64,000 bases of DNA. Origin: a virus. Shown piece by piece: positions 58,949 to 64,000 of this stretch. The stretch covers positions 24,326 to 88,325 of IMG/VR virus record IMGVR_UViG_3300019763_000006; one strand, written 5' to 3'. Position 1 is the first letter of the stretch. The number at the start of each line of letters is the position of its first letter. A model generated the notes under the pieces. It searched no databases and was not told where the DNA came from. It was given only the letters and a program-made list of their open reading frames with translations. The position numbers were made by a program, and so were the translations under genes.

Positions 58949-61900
58949 TCTTTTTCGTCTAATTCATCATAATATTTTGGCTTGCCATTTTTCTTTCTAA
59001 TTATTTCACCATCTTCTCCTCTCCTTGGAGATAGTTTAAATTTTCTTTCATATTTTTTGATTTTTAGAATATCTTTTACCTCTATTTCTTTATGATAATC
59101 TTGTTTTCTTATTTTGAAAGTTACAGTTTTCCCAGTTGCCAAACAATATAAATCTACAAAAATATTATATTGAGTTTCTTTTTTACCGACAACAGCAGTT
59201 CTATATTTATCACTACCATCTATAACTGTTATATATCCTAAAAAGTCAAATTCCCATTTTATTATATCACGCACAGAAGATTCATTATTAGGTATAGACT
59301 TTTCTACCTCTTTTATAACACCTATAAAATCAACACCACTATATTGCTTTTCTGTTTCTTTCTTAGAATATTTTTTTATTATACTTTCATCAAATAATAA
59401 ATTATCTTTTTTTGCGGTTTTTTTATCATATTGTTTATTGTTGTAAAATATCTTTGCTATTTTTAATAATTTATCTCTTTTATAAAATTCTTTGAAATAA
59501 TTTATTTTAATCAAAACATCAATTTTGGATTTATTTAAAGATGTTTTTTTTGTTATATCATAAAGAAGTTCTGTAAAACTATCGTATTTATTATTTCTTA
59601 AATTATAAAGTTCATCACCTGCATTTAATCCTAATCCTTTTATAGACTTTACACCTTTATATATTGTTTTAGTTTTTTTATTAAAATTATACTCTGATGT
59701 TGAATGTCTAAACAATATAGAATCTATAGTAAATCCATAATAGTTAGCAAGGTTTGTTCCATTTATCATATCTAAATTATTACTAGCCCTATTTAAATAT
59801 GCAGTTGTGAATTCCAATGGGTAATATGTTCTTAATCTCGTACATCTAAATCCATTTTGAGAATATCCAGTTGAATGATTAAATCCAAATTGATATTCAG
59901 AAGAATCTTCTATAATTTTTAAATATTCTTGACATTCTTTTTCAGCAATATTTCTTGGTTTATCTGACACCTTGCAATATCCATTTAGTATTTTTGGCAA
60001 ATATGACATTAATGTATCATGGTCTTTCTTCCCAATACATCTTCTAATAATATCTGCCGTTCCTCCATCAAAACCACATATATCTGTTAAAAATTTAATT
60101 GTATCTTCTTGAAAAATAAGGAAACCATTATTGTCTTTAAGCAATTCATCAATTTGTTTAGATGGGTTTTTATTAAATACACCACTTATTAATTTATCTC
60201 TATATGACTTTCCAGATGGTCTTAATGCTGCATTTATCATAGACATATGTGTAATAGTTTTTGGTTTAAATTTTTTCAATAAACTAAAAGCATAATCACC
60301 TTCAAATTGAAAAACACCAACCGGATTTTTTATCATATTATCCCAAACATTTTTATCATTCCAATCAATTTTATAAGCCTTCTCATGTTTAATATTTGCA
60401 TATTTTTCTGTATCTTTTATTATTCCTAATGTCTTTAACCCTAATATATCAAATTTTGTGTAGTTTAATGAATCTACAGCTTTCATAGAGCAAGAAGATA
60501 CTGGCATGCTTTTATCTCCATTTTTATAATGTAAGCATAAATTATCCTGTAGCGTAATTGGAGAACCAATTATACCTGCTGCATGTAAACCTTTAGACTC
60601 AATTGTACCTTTAATTCCATCAAAATAGTAAAACAAATCTTTGTTATCTAATCTTAATTTATCCCAATCATTTTTAATAATTTGTAATTGTTCGCTTGTT
60701 GTATTATTTTTGATTTTATCCATATATATATCATGGAATGAAAAATCTATATTTTTTGCGTCTATTTCATCTCCTTCTAATTCTTCTAAATTTATTTCTT
60801 GTTGTATTATTTTTTTATATTCTTTATGCAATTTTTCAAATTCATTTTTTATAATTTTCACTAAACTTAAATCATTATGTTCAGGGTCTAAACCTTTTGA
60901 TAATACATCAATTGTTTTTCTATCTTTCATAGTACCTATTGTTAAAATATATGAAGTTTTTTCAGGAGTAAATCTTTTAATAATATATTCATAAACCCTC
61001 TCTCTATCTTCTGGTGCAAAATCGACATCTATATCTCCTAAAGAAACTCTATGCACATTACAAAATCTTGAAAATACAGTTTTACAAATAATTGGGTCTA
61101 TATCAGTCATATCTAATATATATCCAACAGTAGAACCTGTAAACGAACCTCTATCCCCATGTGGTATACCTACAGACTCACACCATTGTAGGAGTTCAGC
61201 CATAAATAATATAAAACTATACATCTCTTGTACGCCATAAACATATAACTCTTCTTCTATTCTAGCACGGTATTCATCTAATTTGTCCATATTAATACTT
61301 TTGTTTTTTTGTTTTTCCAAAAATTTCTTTTCTGTCAAATCTCTTAAAAGTTTTTTTGCATCATCATATAGTTTTGGATATTTAAATTTATTATCAAGCT
61401 TATAATCTTCAAACATTTCTGAAAAAACAACTGTATTATGAATTGATTCATATATTTGTTCATCACTTAAACATTCCTGTTTTTTAAACATTTGAAATAA
61501 TTCATCATAATTTTTCCATGTTAAATCACAAGCATCTTCATCACCATAAAAACTATCTTTTGCCACTTGCACAATTTTTCTACATTCAGCCTTATAAGGA
61601 GTAGAAGAATGAGTATCAGTCCCTGCTATTAATCTAATATTGTACTCATTTGACCATTTAATTAGCAATTTATTAAAATCAATTTGGTCATCTAGCGTAT
61701 GTGCTTGTACTTCTAAAAAGCATCTATGACTGTTTTTAGATAACCATTCTAAAAATATATCTCGTTTTTCTATATAATATTTAGCAATCATTTTAAAATC
61801 TACTGTGTAATTTTGTAAATATTCATCTTGTTTCTTTTTAGTTTTTATTTTTTGAAACTTTGCTCTATCTTCATCACTCATCTCTTTTATTTTAAATTGA

Positions 61901-62439
61901 TTTACTTTATTTTTTTCAGTATTATCTAATTCATCTATAGATATAGCATTAAGTAATTTTCTATATCTTTTTTCTAAAACCCATAACATAGATTGCAAAC
62001 ATGCTGTAGTAACTACTATATTATCACTAGTATTCATTACTTCTTCCATTGACACTCTAGGGTTATAATACATATGTCTATCAGACTTATCTTCCTTTTC
62101 CCCTTTTAAAAAACTTTTTGATATTAACGTATTTAATTCCAATACACCATCCCAATTTTTTGCATATAATCCTAAATGCATCCCTCTATCATTGTCTTTG
62201 AGGTCTATGCACATATATGTTTCTATCCCATGTATATATTTAATACCTGCCTTATCACACTCTTGTTTCTTTTTTATCCAATCATAAATACCGCCATGAT
62301 TTGAAAACGCAATAGCTTTATCTCCATCTCTTTTTGCAAGTTCTATATAATCTTTAAAATTGGTGCATGAATCAAAGTAGCCATTAAGTGTACTTGTATC
62401 ATCATGTAAATGATATATAATTTTTTCTTTTTTATACAT
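58915..62439 (-). CDS. dnaE: DNA polymerase III alpha subunit (family C)
   Basis: PHP motifs (HLH, SNHG, GIE, TDTH), RGS, GDIDVDF, HAAG, KFDILGL, FQFE, FQE and FNHS. Confidence 0.95.
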   Translation of the reverse strand: MYKKEKIIYHLHDDTSTLNGYFDSCTNFKDYIELAKRDGDKAIAFSNHGGIYDWIKKKQECDKAGIKYIHGIETYMCIDLKDNDRGMHLGLYAKNWDGVLELNTLISKSFLKGEKEDKSDRHMYYNPRVSMEEVMNTSDNIVVTTACLQSMLWVLEKRYRKLLNAISIDELDNTEKNKVNQFKIKEMSDEDRAKFQKIKTKKKQDEYLQNYTVDFKMIAKYYIEKRDIFLEWLSKNSHRCFLEVQAHTLDDQIDFNKLLIKWSNEYNIRLIAGTDTHSSTPYKAECRKIVQVAKDSFYGDEDACDLTWKNYDELFQMFKKQECLSDEQIYESIHNTVVFSEMFEDYKLDNKFKYPKLYDDAKKLLRDLTEKKFLEKQKNKSINMDKLDEYRARIEEELYVYGVQEMYSFILFMAELLQWCESVGIPHGDRGSFTGSTVGYILDMTDIDPIICKTVFSRFCNVHRVSLGDIDVDFAPEDRERVYEYIIKRFTPEKTSYILTIGTMKDRKTIDVLSKGLDPEHNDLSLVKIIKNEFEKLHKEYKKIIQQEINLEELEGDEIDAKNIDFSFHDIYMDKIKNNTTSEQLQIIKNDWDKLRLDNKDLFYYFDGIKGTIESKGLHAAGIIGSPITLQDNLCLHYKNGDKSMPVSSCSMKAVDSLNYTKFDILGLKTLGIIKDTEKYANIKHEKAYKIDWNDKNVWDNMIKNPVGVFQFEGDYAFSLLKKFKPKTITHMSMINAALRPSGKSYRDKLISGVFNKNPSKQIDELLKDNNGFLIFQEDTIKFLTDICGFDGGTADIIRRCIGKKDHDTLMSYLPKILNGYCKVSDKPRNIAEKECQEYLKIIEDSSEYQFGFNHSTGYSQNGFRCTRLRTYYPLEFTTAYLNRASNNLDMINGTNLANYYGFTIDSILFRHSTSEYNFNKKTKTIYKGVKSIKGLGLNAGDELYNLRNNKYDSFTELLYDITKKTSLNKSKIDVLIKINYFKEFYKRDKLLKIAKIFYNNKQYDKKTAKKDNLLFDESIIKKYSKKETEKQYSGVDFIGVIKEVEKSIPNNESSVRDIIKWEFDFLGYITVIDGSDKYRTAVVGKKETQYNIFVDLYCLATGKTVTFKIRKQDYHKEIEVKDILKIKKYERKFKLSPRRGEDGEIIRKKNGKPKYYDELDEKEWILNSYIIEE

Positions 62440-62452
62440 GTAATATTCCTCC

Positions 62453-64000
62453 TTATAAATATATACATTCTATATAATCACTTAAAATCTGTTTTGTTGT
62501 TATCATTTCTTTTTTGCCAAAATGATAAAAATAATTCATACCAATAATACCAACAACATTTATATAATCAGAATAATCATACTCAAAAGTATTTTCATCT
62601 GTATTAAATTTCATTATATTTAAATCAATATCGTCTGAAATAGTAAGTTTTGTATGATTTTTTTCTTTACCTATTTTATCAGATTTATCTATTTCTAAAC
62701 CTTTAATTAAAAATCTAGGAGGTTCAAACCCTTCTCCACATATTTTACTCATTTTATCAATAAGGCTTAAGTTATATTCACTCAATTCATCATAAGATAA
62801 CTCTAAATCATAACTTATAACCACCTCGTTAAAATAATCTTTAAATTTATCATTAAAATAACTTTTAATCTTATCTATATTTTCATATTTAAAGCCAACT
62901 CCAAAACTAGACTCATGACCTTCGGCTAATGTAAATAATTTACTATTTCTTAATTCAGTTTTTAATTTAACTTCTTCTCCAAAACTTCTACCACTTCCTT
63001 TAAATTCACCATTTATGACTTTCCCAAAAAAGCAAGGTCTTTGATATTGTTGCCCTATTTTGTTCGCAATCAAACCAAACATTGCAGAATCATATTCAAA
63101 TTCTGTCCCGTCTATAATTATAATTTTATCATCATTTATTAAATTTTTATCTATAATATCTTTTGTAATTTCTGTAGTAAGTTTTTTTCTATCCTCATTT
63201 TTTTCTATTATCATCTTAACTAATTGGTTACATCTTTTAGTATTAGATGTTGTAAATAATTCTAATAAATCATAGATATCTCCTAATCTGACAATAGCGT
63301 TAATGCAAGGTGCTATATAAAAACTAATATCTTGGGTAGTAGGCATAAAGTCTTTTTTTAAGCCTTTAAACAATCTGGACAATCCAATATTTCCATCAAA
63401 AAATTCTCCTTGACACATATCATGTATATTTTTTAATCCATGAAAAGCTATTGCTCTGTTTTCTAAATTATCTAATTTCATCATATCACCAACCATACCA
63501 ACACAAGCTAAATCTAAAAAATTATCAGCGAATTCATATCCATTTATCATATCAAACGCTCTACATAATTGGTAACAAACTGTTGCTCCACTTAAAAATT
63601 TATTTTCATAATTACATACCTGTGGATTAACTATAGTTGCATATGGATTATCTACACTTTTATCATGATGGTCTAAAATTATTACATCACAAAATTGTGA
63701 AATCTCTTTACACTCATTAGATGAATTTGTACTACTATCCACAATTATTAATAAATCTGTATCTTTATCTACTTTATTTACGATTACTCCATGTCCTTCT
63801 TTTCTTTGATTTGATGCATAATAAATATTATTTGTATAAACACGAAAATAATTATATATAATCGCACATGATGTTACACCATCACAATCTGTATCGGCAT
63901 AAACTACAATTTTTTCATTATTTTGTAATGCTTTTAAAATTCTTTTAACTACAATATCCATATTTAATAATTCAAAAGGGTTTCTAATAAAATCTTTAGG
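62453..64000 (-). CDS. recJ: RecJ-like DHH ssDNA exonuclease (start lies beyond the window)
   Basis: DTDCDGVTS, ILDHH, VNP, GSGRS and GHE motifs; frame stays open to the window end (NPFELLNMD). Confidence 0.92.
   Translation of the reverse strand, partial: PKDFIRNPFELLNMDIVVKRILKALQNNEKIVVYADTDCDGVTSCAIIYNYFRVYTNNIYYASNQRKEGHGVIVNKVDKDTDLLIIVDSSTNSSNECKEISQFCDVIILDHHDKSVDNPYATIVNPQVCNYENKFLSGATVCYQLCRAFDMINGYEFADNFLDLACVGMVGDMMKLDNLENRAIAFHGLKNIHDMCQGEFFDGNIGLSRLFKGLKKDFMPTTQDISFYIAPCINAIVRLGDIYDLLELFTTSNTKRCNQLVKMIIEKNEDRKKLTTEITKDIIDKNLINDDKIIIIDGTEFEYDSAMFGLIANKIGQQYQRPCFFGKVINGEFKGSGRSFGEEVKLKTELRNSKLFTLAEGHESSFGVGFKYENIDKIKSYFNDKFKDYFNEVVISYDLELSYDELSEYNLSLIDKMSKICGEGFEPPRFLIKGLEIDKSDKIGKEKNHTKLTISDDIDLNIMKFNTDENTFEYDYSDYINVVGIIGMNYFYHFGKKEMITTKQILSDYIECIYL

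Noticed and set aside
58915-62439. Intein or intron in dnaE
   Set aside because: The two extra charged segments are short and lack C...HN splice motifs or endonuclease motifs
696-63275. Many short opposite-strand ORFs in the track (e.g. 906-1256, 8041-8352, 21733-22083, 36194-36694, 60641-60994)
   Set aside because: They are antisense shadows of long real genes, lack an RBS, and have the Ile/Leu/Phe/Ser composition expected from AT-rich reverse frames

Overview
The whole window is a very AT-rich segment of a large tailed-phage (or prophage) genome, laid out like SPbeta-type siphoviruses and probably infecting an anaerobic Firmicute (inferred from class III RNR, sigma-A-type promoters and GGAGG RBSs). 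The + strand (1-39.9 kb) carries terminase, portal, protease/scaffold, capsid, neck, major tail protein, a 2047-aa tape measure, tail tip/fibre genes, a membrane-protein module and lysis genes. At 13-19 kb the tail cluster is interrupted by an island with a tyrosine recombinase, four strong promoters, candidate ncRNAs, tRNA-Trp and a Zn-finger endonuclease. The - strand (39.9-64 kb) carries nucleotide metabolism, repair and replication genes: dut, intein-containing nrdD, nrdG, thyX, uvsE, rtcB, ligA with an in-frame TGA, an orphan mazF, an ERCC4 nuclease, dnaE and recJ. Best candidates for undescribed biology: (1) a coiled-coil protein followed by a ~350-nt structured RNA with a pseudoknot and a periodic TAAA tract (15985-16973); (2) six dispersed intergenic elements of form TAAAA-N6-TTTTA + 19-20 bp + AAACGTTGAAAT that look like tyrosine-recombinase sites, one with an apparent empty-cassette scar; (3) a membrane module with two ComEA-like HhH proteins, a 7TM protein and a papain-like protease. 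All family calls come from motifs recognised by eye; no searches or folding programs were run.
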